This document shows, in pieces, positions 1 to 9,818 of a stretch of DNA of 64,000 bases. The notes beneath the pieces were generated by a model that was given only the letters and a program-made list of their open reading frames with translations, did no database searches and was not told the origin of the DNA. The position numbers and the translations under genes were made by a program. The DNA comes from an uncultured Anaerolineales bacterium (lineage in GTDB: Bacteria > Chloroflexota > Anaerolineae > UBA1429): NCBI GenBank assembly GCA_964407215.1, contig CAYOUT010000003.1, positions 34,700-98,699 on the forward strand, read 5' to 3'. Within the stretch, counting starts at the first letter, position 1. Each line of letters starts with the position of its first letter.

Positions 1-919
1 ACGTGCGCACGCCAGCATAGACGGCCGTTACCTGCCTCAGTGTGGGCATCGCTGAGCCCTCGATGGTTGCGGCGGCGGTGCCGGTGGCCACGGCCCAGCG
101 GGAGACCTCTCTGGACGGTAGCCCCTGCTGCCAAGCCCAGAGTGCACCCGACAGCAGCGCATCGCCAGCCCCTACAGCACTCACTTCCCTGATCTCTGGG
201 GGTTGCGCTGCCCACACCGATCCATCATCGACATAGGCGGCGCCCCGGCTATCAGCAGAAAGGAGCACGCGCCGGGGCCCCATGGCAAGGATGGCCGCCA
301 ACCCTGCGCTCCACTGCTCTGGGCCATCGAAAGATCTCCCGGTCAACTCGCTGGCTTCATCTGTATTGGGCTTGAGCAAGTCGGGCGCCGCTACGCAACC
401 CGCTGCCAACGCTTGGCCGGACGTGTCCAACACAGCCAACGCACCCCTTCGCCTGACGCTCTCTATCAGTCTCGCATACGTGTCGGCGGGGGCATCCGGC
501 GGGAGGTTGCCCGAGAAGACGCAGATATCGTTTGCTCCTACGCGCTCCATCAGGCGGGCCTCTAGAGCGATCATGTCCGCTTCCGAGATGGCTGGCCCTG
601 CCTCGTTGAGTTTGGTCGTCACACCGTGCGTGTCGTCAATGACTGTGATATTGGAGCGTGTCTCGCCCTCCACCACGACGAAATCACAGTCGTACCCCTG
701 TGCGCGTAGCCCATCCACCAGCACTCGCCCCGATACGCCGGCGGCGAACCCCATCGCTACGCTGGGTACCCCGAACATGCGTAGACCTATCGACACGTTC
801 ACGCCTTTGCCGCTCAGATCGGTGCGCGAATAAGTGGCTCGATTCAGGTCGCCCACCGACAAGCGCGAGAAGCGCATGGTACGGTCGATGGTAGGGTTCA
901 GGGTGATCGTATAGATCAT
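1..919 (-). CDS. pfkB-family sugar kinase (1-phosphofructokinase/tagatose-6-P kinase-like). Partial: the C-terminus lies beyond position 1.
   Basis: My own reverse-strand translation from the ATG at 919 gives MIYTITLNP...RATYSRTDLSGKGVNVS..., which matches the pfkB N-terminal GG/KG motif. The ORF track does not list it because it runs off the window edge. Its start overlaps the upstream stop as ATGA. The plus-strand ORFs at 203..894 are antisense to it. Confidence 0.65.
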   Translation of the reverse strand, partial: MIYTITLNPTIDRTMRFSRLSVGDLNRATYSRTDLSGKGVNVSIGLRMFGVPSVAMGFAAGVSGRVLVDGLRAQGYDCDFVVVEGETRSNITVIDDTHGVTTKLNEAGPAISEADMIALEARLMERVGANDICVFSGNLPPDAPADTYARLIESVRRRGALAVLDTSGQALAAGCVAAPDLLKPNTDEASELTGRSFDGPEQWSAGLAAILAMGPRRVLLSADSRGAAYVDDGSVWAAQPPEIREVSAVGAGDALLSGALWAWQQGLPSREVSRWAVATGTAAATIEGSAMPTLRQVTAVYAGVRT

Positions 920-2100
920 CGCCAGCGCTCTTCCCCGAGCAGCATTCGATAGCGCTCGAGTATGGCGGCGCCGAGCGGCTCGTCGGGCCGGATGTGGCAA
1001 ACCGATTCCAGGACGGCTTCTATACCCTGGGCACCGATGCGGTCCTGTAACACCACCGCCGCAGGATCCTCGGGCGCGTCAAAAGCCAGGGTTCCGGCGA
1101 TTCCCCAAGCCAGATGAAGCGGGATCTTGCCGGTATGTTCGGCCACGCGCGCCGCACCCACCAACCGGTCCGACGGATCCAGCTTGCGCAGAGGGTCGCG
1201 AGTGAGGCGCAGGATTGGATCGGCCAGCACGCGATTAGCGAAACGCGTAGTGAGGTCGCGTACATGCGCGCGCAACCACTCCTCCGAAGCCGCGTACTGG
1301 ATGGCGATCCCCTCGAGCGCTTCGTTCAGGGCGCCGTCGAGAATGGGTCGTATCTCTGGGTCGTCCAATGCCTCGTAGCCCAGCCGATGGCCCCGTCGAT
1401 AACCAAGGTAGCCCAACACCGCATGCCCCATATTATGCAAGTACAGCTTGCGCGCCGTGTAGAGGCCAAAATTGTCGCGCGGCTCCATCCCCACGATTTC
1501 AGGGATATCACCGACGAACCCGGAGCGGTCCACGGGAAGCTCTTTGTAGGGCTCTACGATGACGAGACTGGGATCTTGGGCGCGGAGCTCTGCGGGGAGC
1601 TCCGGCACCATTCTGCCGATGACTGTATCCACAAAGCCCACGTGGGAGGCCAGATACCCATGATATCGTTGCGCCAACCGCTCGGTGACCATCTCACGCA
1701 GGATCGATGCCGCATTTTTCAAGTTCTCGCAGACGATGATGTTCAACGGCTCATCGACCCCTCGATCCGCTCGTAGCGCGATACCGGCAGCAAGCGAAGG
1801 CGAGATATGAGGCAACACCCTGGCGCCCACAGCAGTTGCTCCCAAGGTGGCTTCTGCCAAGGCCTGTGTCACAGCCTCCATGTTCTGCGACAGGATGCCC
1901 GTCACCGGCCCAACCTGGACCTCCTCGGTATGTTGATTATCAACCAGCCTGATGGTGTAGGTCCGCTTGGCGCGCATGGCGCCGATCAGCGGCTCATCGA
2001 TATCAACAAAGACGACCTGATAACCGGATTCCGAAAAAAGCTGGCCCAGGAATCCGCGCCCGACGTTCCCAGCGCCAAAGATCACCGCTTTCTGAAGCAT
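916..2100 (-). CDS. mtlD: mannitol-1-phosphate 5-dehydrogenase (MtlD family)
   Basis: The N-terminus reads MLQKAVIFGAGNVGRGFLG. NIIVCEN, HVGFVD, KLYLHNMGHA and PLRKLDPSDRL align with E. coli MtlD signatures. I moved the start to the Rossmann-motif Met; the ORF-track start at 2367 is an over-extension. Confidence 0.75.
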   Translation of the reverse strand: MLQKAVIFGAGNVGRGFLGQLFSESGYQVVFVDIDEPLIGAMRAKRTYTIRLVDNQHTEEVQVGPVTGILSQNMEAVTQALAEATLGATAVGARVLPHISPSLAAGIALRADRGVDEPLNIIVCENLKNAASILREMVTERLAQRYHGYLASHVGFVDTVIGRMVPELPAELRAQDPSLVIVEPYKELPVDRSGFVGDIPEIVGMEPRDNFGLYTARKLYLHNMGHAVLGYLGYRRGHRLGYEALDDPEIRPILDGALNEALEGIAIQYAASEEWLRAHVRDLTTRFANRVLADPILRLTRDPLRKLDPSDRLVGAARVAEHTGKIPLHLAWGIAGTLAFDAPEDPAAVVLQDRIGAQGIEAVLESVCHIRPDEPLGAAILERYRMLLGEERWR

Positions 2101-2195
2101 ACAGACTCCTCGACACGAGGCCAGTTGCTGGTCTCGCGGAGATCGGGGCAACCGAGCCCTTTTGGAGCTCGTGCCCCGATGGCACTCGGATGCAC

Positions 2196-2990
2196 CTAAT
2201 GCATCTCTTGGCCGCCCGTGACGTTGATGGCCTGGCCCGTCATGTACGAGGACTGATCGGAGGCCAAGAACACCATCACATTGCCCACATCCTCGTAAGT
2301 GCAGCCACGTTTGAGGGGTACCTGGTCCAGGTACTTTTGGCGTACCTCCTCCTTGGTGATCCCCCACTTTTGCGCGTACTGCTCGTACAGGCTATTGACC
2401 CATAGAGGGGAATCCAGCAGGTTTCCCGGGCAGATGGCGTTCACCCGCACCTGGTAATCTGCCAGTTCCAGCGCCAAGCTCTGTGTGAGGCCGATGCCGC
2501 CGAACTTGCTCGCGGCGTAGGCCGAGTTTTTGTAACTTCCCCGCTTGCCCGACTTGGAGTTGATCTGGATGATGCTCCCGCTCTTTTGGGATTTCATTGC
2601 ACGGGCTGCGGCGCGGGCCACGTTAAAATAGCCGACCAGGTTCACTTCGATGACCTTGCGCCAACGCCCCGGATCGATCTCTGTCACCTCGCCTGCAAAC
2701 AGCACACCGGCGTTGGAAACAACGACGTCCAGATGTCCATGAGTATCAACGATGCGATCTACCAAAGCCTCACACTGGGCAAGGTCCGTCACGTCCACAT
2801 GAGCCCACATAGTGTGGACACTGTACTGCTGAGCGATGGCTTCCGCTACAGCTTTTGCGCTGTCATCGGCGATGTCAGCCACTACCACGTGAGCCCCCTC
2901 AGCCCCCAGCCGGTGGGCCAGGGCCTCGCCCAGGCCCTGGCTGGCACCGGTAACCATCGCTACTTTGCCGTGTAATAGCTGCCGGTTCAT
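2196..2990 (-). CDS. short-chain dehydrogenase/reductase (sorbitol-6-phosphate dehydrogenase-like SDR)
   Basis: MNRQLLHGKVAMVTGASQGLGEA is a TGxxxGxG Rossmann motif. The protein has a YxxxK catalytic region (YAASKFGG) and NAG. The start overlaps the upstream stop by 1 nt. Confidence 0.8.
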   Translation of the reverse strand: MNRQLLHGKVAMVTGASQGLGEALAHRLGAEGAHVVVADIADDSAKAVAEAIAQQYSVHTMWAHVDVTDLAQCEALVDRIVDTHGHLDVVVSNAGVLFAGEVTEIDPGRWRKVIEVNLVGYFNVARAAARAMKSQKSGSIIQINSKSGKRGSYKNSAYAASKFGGIGLTQSLALELADYQVRVNAICPGNLLDSPLWVNSLYEQYAQKWGITKEEVRQKYLDQVPLKRGCTYEDVGNVMVFLASDQSSYMTGQAINVTGGQEMH

Positions 2991-4765
2991 CACGGAAGCA
3001 TCTCCTTCAAAAACTCGGCCTCGGCTTCGATAGTCCAAGACTCGTGAGGGCCGAGTTTGGCGTACACGGAGGGAAGCGAGTCCTTTAGGTCCTCGAGATG
3101 GGTCAAGGGGAAATCGAGGATCTGCGGGTAGATGACACACTTGCCGGTGAAAGCTTGGTGCATCACTCCCTCCAACCCCTTCTTGACATCGCACATGCCC
3201 GAAATCGCGGCTACGGACAGATTTGGATTCAGCAGGCCCGATTCGGCCGAGTGCAGCATATTACGGAGGTCGTGGATGGCGGAGCCGCTGGTCCCCGTGA
3301 AACGATTTCCACGGTCCACGACACAGCTCAGATCGATAGGGGCCTTGGTGCCGCGGGGCAGCCCGGCAAAGATGTTCATGACAGCATTGGGGGCCAGCAT
3401 GCTGACAGCTCCCGCTACAACGCCGGCACTTGGAGCCAACACGACGATATCATCGAATCCGGCGCCGCCCGTCATCTCTACGAGACCGGCGTTGAACTCT
3501 TGCGGCGATTTGCCATCGGGTGTGCGCAGCGCCACTTCAGTGATACCCCGCTTTTCCTCGATGATGTTACTGAACTTTTCAGTGATGGTGGCCAGCCGGT
3601 CCGCGATTAGATCCGTGGCAACCACCAACTTGGGGCCTTGAGCTGCCTCGAGTGCTCGCTGCACGTGCATTTGCCCCATGGGGCCCGCCGCCCCCAAAAA
3701 GGCCGAATAGCCGCCGGCGCGTAGTTCTGTTCGTACCGGCTCATAGGCGTCGGCGATCACCCCGCTCGGGGTCCCGGTGAGGCTGAGGTTATCATAGTGC
3801 ACTCGCCCCACATCCACCTGCGCAGCGCCCGACAGCCCCTGCGCCCCGACCAGGTTCAATACGGCATCGCGGCGGGCCAGCGGCTCTACCGCTTCATATA
3901 GGGCTACGTCCGTACCCAGCAATACGACGTCATCAAATCCGTCCTTGCCAGATGCCGTCACGGCCTCCTGCAAAGTGTCCTCGCTTGGGACTCCAAGCTC
4001 CACCAGGGCGAATCCTTCTGTTTGGCTCCGTGTGCGGAGCTCCTCCTGCAGTGCCCCTGTGACGCCCATAGTGACCACACGCGCGGGCGGTTGCCCCCCT
4101 GCGTACGGCGTCCCCAAAGCATAGTTGTCCGAGGCAGCGGGGCCAGCGACGATCAGCACCGCACCCTCGGGCGCCCACCCGGCTCGGTATACCACGTCGT
4201 ACGAGGCCGTCACACAGGCCCAAGGCTCGGTGAGCGCCGCCTGCGCATAGCCCGTTTCCGGCTTGACGGGAATTAGATACGAGCCCTCGTCACCCTCCAG
4301 GATCTCCTTGCCAATCACATTGAACTGGGACAGCCCGCCTTGTAACGCATAGCCGTAGGCCATTCCCACGCCCTTGTAGTAGATATCAGCTTGTATGATG
4401 AAGCGATCCCCGGGACGGTACTTGGTCCGGAGGTTCTCGCCCACTCTGACCACCGTCATGGCCACCTCGTGCCCCAAGACGACTGGGTTGGCCTTCATAT
4501 CGCGGCCGAGCAAACGGGGATGGTTCTCGCCAGATTGGATGATCTTGATATCTGAGAAGCACAGCCCCACGGCGTCGTGACGCACCAACAACTCGTCCGG
4601 GCCGATAGTTGGCGTATCGACCTCGATGGGGCGACCGTCTGTCCCCAGGTTCTCGAGGCCTGCACCATAGAGAGGCCAAAGCCAGCTCTGGGATGGGATC
4701 TTTGCTTCGGCCTGCCGATACGCAGCCAGCTTGGGCTCCGCATACAAATCACTGCGGCTCATCAT
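2990..4765 (-). CDS. long (591 aa) MDR-family Zn-type alcohol/polyol dehydrogenase with two nucleotide-binding segments
   Basis: It has a GroES-like ADH N-terminal domain (PVVLGHEVAMTVVRVG, TEPWAC). Two Gly-rich Rossmann-like segments follow (LIVAGPAASDN and FLGAAGPMGQMHVQ). This is about 250 aa longer than a canonical MDR. Confidence 0.55.
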   Translation of the reverse strand: MMSRSDLYAEPKLAAYRQAEAKIPSQSWLWPLYGAGLENLGTDGRPIEVDTPTIGPDELLVRHDAVGLCFSDIKIIQSGENHPRLLGRDMKANPVVLGHEVAMTVVRVGENLRTKYRPGDRFIIQADIYYKGVGMAYGYALQGGLSQFNVIGKEILEGDEGSYLIPVKPETGYAQAALTEPWACVTASYDVVYRAGWAPEGAVLIVAGPAASDNYALGTPYAGGQPPARVVTMGVTGALQEELRTRSQTEGFALVELGVPSEDTLQEAVTASGKDGFDDVVLLGTDVALYEAVEPLARRDAVLNLVGAQGLSGAAQVDVGRVHYDNLSLTGTPSGVIADAYEPVRTELRAGGYSAFLGAAGPMGQMHVQRALEAAQGPKLVVATDLIADRLATITEKFSNIIEEKRGITEVALRTPDGKSPQEFNAGLVEMTGGAGFDDIVVLAPSAGVVAGAVSMLAPNAVMNIFAGLPRGTKAPIDLSCVVDRGNRFTGTSGSAIHDLRNMLHSAESGLLNPNLSVAAISGMCDVKKGLEGVMHQAFTGKCVIYPQILDFPLTHLEDLKDSLPSVYAKLGPHESWTIEAEAEFLKEMLP

Positions 4766-4826
4766 TCACTCTCCTCTGCGCGTTCACCTCGCGCCAGACA
4801 GGGAATACAAAGAGACACTATCTCGA

Positions 4827-5594
4827 TCAGCCGAGCTTGAGTACCTGCCGCCGATAGGCTTCATCGGGACGAGTATGAATACGGCGTACGTTCTGCGGCG
4901 TCAAAAAATGCGGGCCGCCGAACACATAGGTGCCCGCCAGGATGCGGCAGGTCTTGACGTACATCGACGTAATGTTGTCCACCTCGGAGGCGGACTTGCC
5001 CAACGCGATAAAGCCATGATTCTGCATCAGGATAACTTTGGGGGGCTGCCCCCACCGCTCGAGGTAGCCACGCAAGACGTCTCGCACTGCACGGGCCAAC
5101 GGCAGGCCTGGGTCAGTATACGGCACATAGGCCGGAGCGGGGCCACAGACTACGATCTCGTCGGGGAACAGGCGCCCTGCGATAGCCTGTTCAGCGGCCA
5201 CGGAACACATGAGCGCGTTCACGGCCACAGGATGCGTGTGCCCAACAAAGCGGGCGCCCCCCTCAGAGAGCGCCAGTGCGTGCAACACCGTCTCTACGGA
5301 GGGGTGCGGCTTGACGCTGGGATCCACCTTGGCGGCCTCGAGGCCGTTTTTGACCTCTTCATCAGTGAGGCTGGGGCCATCTGCTAACGCGCGGATGGCC
5401 TCCAGGTGGACGCGCACGAAACCGTCCGGGCCGATGTCTACCAAGTGTGTTCCACTGGCCTTGACCCAGAACGTGTTGTCGTCACACAGCGCAGACGTGT
5501 TGCCCTCGCCGAGAATCACCAAATCGCGCTCCGGCTGTGCTAGGGTGTGCGAGAGCTCGATCAGTGTTTGCAGAATGCTGTTTGCGTTCGCCAT
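4827..5594 (-). CDS. class II aldolase/adducin-family protein (rhamnulose-/fuculose-1-phosphate aldolase-like)
   Basis: The 255-aa size fits. Conserved metal-binding His stretches are present (HTHP, HNHG region). It sits immediately downstream of an isomerase and a kinase. Confidence 0.7.
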   Translation of the reverse strand: MANANSILQTLIELSHTLAQPERDLVILGEGNTSALCDDNTFWVKASGTHLVDIGPDGFVRVHLEAIRALADGPSLTDEEVKNGLEAAKVDPSVKPHPSVETVLHALALSEGGARFVGHTHPVAVNALMCSVAAEQAIAGRLFPDEIVVCGPAPAYVPYTDPGLPLARAVRDVLRGYLERWGQPPKVILMQNHGFIALGKSASEVDNITSMYVKTCRILAGTYVFGGPHFLTPQNVRRIHTRPDEAYRRQVLKLG

Positions 5595-5597
5595 GCC

Positions 5598-6830
5598 TCA
5601 CGCTCCCGGGTAGCCCGAACCATCGCCTGGCTCGATACCGCGTTCCTGGCTCGTCTTTTCTGCGTATCCGCTGGCACGGAAAGCGGCCAGAGGATCGGGA
5701 TCGAGCTCCATCTCCTCACGCAAAGCCGCCAACAGGGGCCGTACGTCGGTGCGGTAGGCATCCAACAGGGTCTCCTCGGCGGTGACCACGTCGCCGGACA
5801 GCTGCGCATCCTGCAGCGCTTTGCGGTCGACCAGCAGTGCACGCGCATAGGCCTCCTGCACGTTGATCACCGACTGGATCATGGATTCGATCTTGGGCTT
5901 GATATTGATGCTCTCGTCGATCATGTAGGCTACGTTCATGTTCACTTCTGGGTCTAACTCACCAGCTACGAGCTCGTTGTAGATGAGGAACAGTTCGTAC
6001 GGATTGATGGACCCTACAGTGAGATCGTCGTCAGCGAACTTTTTGTTATTGAAATGGAACCCGCCCAAGCGCCCCTCGTCGATGAGATACGCCACGATCT
6101 GCTCAATGTTGGTGCCCAACGGATGATGCCCGAGGTCCACCAACACCTGGGCACGGTCGCCCAATTTTTGTGCGAACAACAACGAGGTGCCCCAATCGCC
6201 GAGATCTGTGTGGTAGAATGCGGGCTCAAAGAACTTGTACTCGATGAGAAGCCGCATAGGGGCGGGCATGGCAGCGTATGATTCCTGCAACGCCTCTAGC
6301 AGGCGCCGCTTGCGGTCACGGAAGCTGTCTTGTCCAGGAGAGCTGGTGCCGTCCGCTAACCACAGGCTGATAATATCCGACCCGACGGTCTCGGCGATCT
6401 CGATACACTCCAGCATGTGATCCAACGCCTTACGCCTAATGGCGGGATCGGGGTTGCAGAGGCTGCCGAGCTTATAGTCGGCATCTTGGAACAGGTTGGG
6501 ATTGATCGCTCCGAGCTGCAATCCGAGGGACGTAGCGTAGCTCTTGAGCTCGCCATAGTCGTCAACTTTGTCCCAGGGGATGTGCAACGCCACCGAGGGC
6601 GCGACGCCCGTGTACTTTTGTACTTGGGCCGCATCCTGCAGCTTCTCAAACGCGGTGCGAGCAGCCCCTGCCTGATTGAATACTTTGAAGCGTGTGCCAG
6701 AATCGGCATAACCCCAAGATGGGGTCTCAATATGCTGTGCTTTCAGTGCAGACTTGACGAATTCCAGGTCCACCCCGCGCGCACTGAGGTCGTCTGTCAG
6801 TAGGTTGTATGCCTCACGCCATGCTCTCAT
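5598..6830 (-). CDS. rhaI: L-rhamnose isomerase, Pseudomonas stutzeri/actinobacterial type (xylose-isomerase-like TIM barrel)
   Basis: [19 protein letters not shown]...[15 protein letters not shown] resembles the P. stutzeri L-RhI N-terminus. A GGAGG Shine-Dalgarno lies 9 nt upstream of the ATG at 6830. The ORF-track extension to 6905 is rejected. Confidence 0.7.
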   Translation of the reverse strand: MRAWREAYNLLTDDLSARGVDLEFVKSALKAQHIETPSWGYADSGTRFKVFNQAGAARTAFEKLQDAAQVQKYTGVAPSVALHIPWDKVDDYGELKSYATSLGLQLGAINPNLFQDADYKLGSLCNPDPAIRRKALDHMLECIEIAETVGSDIISLWLADGTSSPGQDSFRDRKRRLLEALQESYAAMPAPMRLLIEYKFFEPAFYHTDLGDWGTSLLFAQKLGDRAQVLVDLGHHPLGTNIEQIVAYLIDEGRLGGFHFNNKKFADDDLTVGSINPYELFLIYNELVAGELDPEVNMNVAYMIDESINIKPKIESMIQSVINVQEAYARALLVDRKALQDAQLSGDVVTAEETLLDAYRTDVRPLLAALREEMELDPDPLAAFRASGYAEKTSQERGIEPGDGSGYPGA

Positions 6831-6901
6831 CTCTGGGATCCTCCCTTTTGGTCGTTTCAACTCGCGATACTGTAATCGATTCCTACGTGTACGCCAACGC
6901 G

Positions 6902-7675
6902 TCACACGAGAATAACCTGCACACCCCTATCTCGAAATGCGCTAATCAGATCGGGGTCTGCTTCCCGATCTGTGAGAATCCGGTCGATTTGACCGATAGA
7001 GGCACAGGAGGCAAAGGCCACCTTGCCCAGCTTGGTAGAGTCAACGATGGCATTCACTTGTCGCACCGTGCCCACAAGATCGCGTTTGAGCTCCACTTCG
7101 GGGAGGTGTGCATCGGTGAGGCCATCAACCAGATCGAGTCCTCGCCCGCCAAAAAAGCCCTTTTGCAGGTTGCCATCCGCCAGCACACACAGGCCGGCTT
7201 TTCCGACAACTGAGGCAGCCTCTCGCCAAACAGGACCGCCAGGTATGATCACAGAGATGCCCGGCGCTCGCAGCAACTCGAGCGCGACGTAAAGCCCGGT
7301 CGTAACTACCGTCAAGTCTCGCTTGTGTACCAGACGGCGCGCCATGTGCCATGAAGTGGTGCTGGCGTCGAGAACGATGGCCTCTCCATCGGCCACCAAC
7401 TCTGCGGCGGCCGCCCCAATACGCTCCTTGGCCTGAACCTGGCTGCGCTGCCGTACCGAAAAGGAGAGGGCCCCCTCGCCCATCTGGATTGGTACAGCAC
7501 CGCCGTGTGTTCGCAGGAGTTGGCCGCTTTTCTCTAGAAGCTCGAGATCCGAACGTACCGTTACGGTAGAGACACCGAACGAATCAGCCAGCTCCGCAAC
7601 CGACACGTACGAGTCCTCCTGCAACTGCCTGAGAACAGCGTCCAAGCGCTCATGTCTATAGAGTCGGCGCCGCAT
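6902..7675 (-). CDS. DeoR-family transcriptional regulator
   Basis: The N-terminus carries a DeoR HTH ([40 protein letters not shown]). The C-terminus is a DeoR sugar-phosphate-binding domain. I moved the start to M102 of the track ORF. Confidence 0.8.
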   Translation of the reverse strand: MRRRLYRHERLDAVLRQLQEDSYVSVAELADSFGVSTVTVRSDLELLEKSGQLLRTHGGAVPIQMGEGALSFSVRQRSQVQAKERIGAAAAELVADGEAIVLDASTTSWHMARRLVHKRDLTVVTTGLYVALELLRAPGISVIIPGGPVWREAASVVGKAGLCVLADGNLQKGFFGGRGLDLVDGLTDAHLPEVELKRDLVGTVRQVNAIVDSTKLGKVAFASCASIGQIDRILTDREADPDLISAFRDRGVQVILV

Positions 7676-7684
7676 GCTCTGACT

Positions 7685-7753
7685 TTCGAATATTTTCGAA
7701 TCCTTTCTCACACTTGCGCAAAAGATTGTAGCACAGGACACGCGGAGCGTCAA
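7685..7753 (-). promoter_or_regulatory. Promoter of the DeoR gene with a tandem TTCGAA operator-like repeat. On the minus strand the -35 TTGACG and -10 TACAAT are separated by 17 nt.
   Basis: Reading the minus strand, TTGACG (rc of 7748..7753) and TACAAT (rc of 7725..7730) are 17 nt apart. Two TTCGAA hexamers at 7685..7690 and 7695..7700 are spaced 10 bp apart, between the predicted transcription start site and the start codon at 7675. Confidence 0.45.
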
Positions 7754-7862
7754 CTTGTTTAATGTATTACGATGGTGCCTGGCTGCGGCATCGCGTGTGC
7801 CGAGCGCGCTCTGGCAGCTGTCGAGACTGGAAGGAGCGATGGTTGTCAACCGGAAGCGGCTG

Positions 7863-8636
7863 CTAGATGGTGCGACGAGGGACACCTTCGATGGCGGGGC
7901 GGCGGGTAACCCACATAATGCGATAGGTTGTGGGGCGATGGCTCTGAAATGTAAAACACTCATAGTGAGCTTCCACATGCAGCCCTACATCCGTCAGCAA
8001 GGTTGCTATCTGCTCTGCGGGGTAAGCCTGCTCGACGTGTTGCTCTTCAATCTTGCGATACAATCCCCCCTGCTCCACATAACATATAACGCGCACAGAC
8101 GCCCGCTGTCGGGTGGGGTCGTAGTCACTCTGCATGATCATAGACAACCCCTCGTGCTCGGTAAAGTAGGTCTCGTTATCCCATTGGGTGCTCAGCGCCC
8201 AAGCAGTGTTCATGTCAAACAAAAACACGCCGCCGGGAAGGAGAGCACTATGCACCTGCGCGAAGACCGATGAGAGGTCCTCGCTGGTCAGCATATAGTT
8301 CATACTGTCGTATAGGCACGTGGCGAGGCCGACTTGCGCGGGTAGCACAACGCGTCGCATGTCCTGTTGGCTCCAAGTAATGCTCACGTCGTGGTCTCGA
8401 GCTTTGGCCTGAGCTTCGGCAAGCATCTGGGCCGAGCCGTCCACGGCGTACACCTCCCACCCCCTCTCGGCCATGGCGATGGCAACTGTGCCGGTGCCGC
8501 AGGCCAGCTCTAGCATAACCTTGCCAACGGCCGTGTGTCGCCCTAGCAAGGCCTCGAGGTAGGGAATCATGCGCAGGCTGAAGGCCAGTTGTCCGGAGCG
8601 GTCATAAACACTCGCGTATTCGGTGTAGATAGACAT
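7863..8636 (-). CDS. class I SAM-dependent methyltransferase
   Basis: VMLELACGTGTVAIAMAERGWEVYAVDGS is a methyltransferase motif I (ExGxGxG). LLPGGVFLFD is a post-I motif. Confidence 0.7.
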   Translation of the reverse strand: MSIYTEYASVYDRSGQLAFSLRMIPYLEALLGRHTAVGKVMLELACGTGTVAIAMAERGWEVYAVDGSAQMLAEAQAKARDHDVSITWSQQDMRRVVLPAQVGLATCLYDSMNYMLTSEDLSSVFAQVHSALLPGGVFLFDMNTAWALSTQWDNETYFTEHEGLSMIMQSDYDPTRQRASVRVICYVEQGGLYRKIEEQHVEQAYPAEQIATLLTDVGLHVEAHYECFTFQSHRPTTYRIMWVTRRPAIEGVPRRTI

Positions 8637-8804
8637 TGACAGATCCTCGGCTCAATGGCGCCGCTCGGGGCTTTTCTACGCGCCCATTATATCTGTGAGC
8701 TGAAAAAGGCGTCAAACGCTCGTCGTATAAAGAATGTGTAGCACGAGAAGTCGGATGAGGACGCCTCCTGTTGACCGACATTCCTACCCGCTTATACTGA
8801 CGCC

Positions 8805-9656
8805 ATGCACCCAAAATACATCATCGAGCGTGCGAGCCCAACTCCATCTGAGGCTGCCGACATCTACCGAGTGGAGCGGTTCACCCTCCACGACAGCGCC
8901 TACTCGCCCGAGGAGATGCTGGCTGTTCTGCGCGTCCCCGGACAGTATATCTATATCGTCCGCCAGGGGGCTGAGGCGGTGGGGTTTTGCTCGTGCTTTG
9001 AGACGGCCACACACCATGGCGCTCGCTTAGAGATCGATATGCTAGGTGTGCTACCGGCCCATCGTGGCAAGGGGATTGCACGTCGGCTCATACAGCGCAG
9101 CACTCGCGAAGCTGCCTTGCGAGGAGTAAGCAGTGCCCGGGCTGTGGTGGCCTCAGAGAACAGGGCCTCGCAGCACGCTTTTGCCCACGCAGGTCTGAAG
9201 TCAGGCCGACGATGCGAGCTGATGGTCTACGAGTTCGTCGGCACAGTGCCGATAGCGTATCTGCCGAAGGGATGGGATTGGCGGTTGATCCCACGCGGCT
9301 GTATCCGAGTGAAAAGCATTTCGGAACCGTTCTGCGCCAGAGGGTCCGGCTGTTTTCTGCACGCCCTTTGCGACGCCACTGATTGCTGCGTGGCCTTGGC
9401 CGAATGCCAACGTGTGCAGACTTTGGCGTATCAAGGCGTTTGGATCGAGAGATTGTGGGCGGCATCAGACGAGGCGCTCTCGCTTCTCGCCCGCGCCGTC
9501 ATCGAATGGGGCAAGCGCTTGGATCTGGACGAGGTGGGGTATCTTGCCCCCCGGCCCTACGATGACGAGGCGGTTTGCGAGCGACTCGTCCCTTTGGTGC
9601 GCCAGGGCTTTCACAGTCGGGGGTGCTATTTGGCCTTTTCTATGGGGCTCGATTAG
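8805..9656 (+). CDS. GNAT-family N-acetyltransferase with a C-terminal extension
   Basis: PAHRGKGIARRLI is the acetyl-CoA-binding R/Q-x-x-G-x-G/A motif. The start codon directly follows the divergent intergenic region. Confidence 0.65.
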   Translation: MHPKYIIERASPTPSEAADIYRVERFTLHDSAYSPEEMLAVLRVPGQYIYIVRQGAEAVGFCSCFETATHHGARLEIDMLGVLPAHRGKGIARRLIQRSTREAALRGVSSARAVVASENRASQHAFAHAGLKSGRRCELMVYEFVGTVPIAYLPKGWDWRLIPRGCIRVKSISEPFCARGSGCFLHALCDATDCCVALAECQRVQTLAYQGVWIERLWAASDEALSLLARAVIEWGKRLDLDEVGYLAPRPYDDEAVCERLVPLVRQGFHSRGCYLAFSMGLD

Positions 9657-9818
9657 GCCCCCAGGACTCTGTGGTGCGGAGATTGTCTCGTAACGGTACT
9701 CACTTGCGATATTGTCTCTCTTGGGCCATAGTGGCGGAAGAGACGGTAGGCGTTCACGTTCCACCCGATGCGCCGAGCGCGGCGCATCGCATCCATGGTG
9801 ACAGACAGGAGAAGGGAT

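Noticed and set aside
203-894. Plus-strand ORFs (120, 183 and 78 aa) at the window start.
   Set aside because: They are antisense to a clear pfkB-family kinase gene on the minus strand (GKGVNV motif). Their translations are Ala/Arg/Pro/Ser-rich, which is typical of wrong-frame GC-rich DNA.
2101-2367. ORF-track N-terminal extensions of real genes. Examples are 916..2367, 5598..6905, 6902..7978, 13012..14622, 14397..15605, 15668..17269, 28729..29880 and 31294..32298.
   Set aside because: The conserved N-terminal motifs (Rossmann GAGNVGRGF, the radical-SAM start and so on) and Shine-Dalgarno sequences sit at internal Met or GTG codons. The extensions would overlap upstream genes and encode Arg-rich junk.
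3098-4276. Multiple 80-170 aa ORFs on both strands inside the long MDR gene. There are similar nests inside moeA2 (27699..28636), the big fusion gene (19381..20302) and GH2 (45167..47504).
   Set aside because: They overlap strongly supported genes in alternative frames. I recognise no motif in them. Their composition is characteristic of high-GC shadow ORFs.
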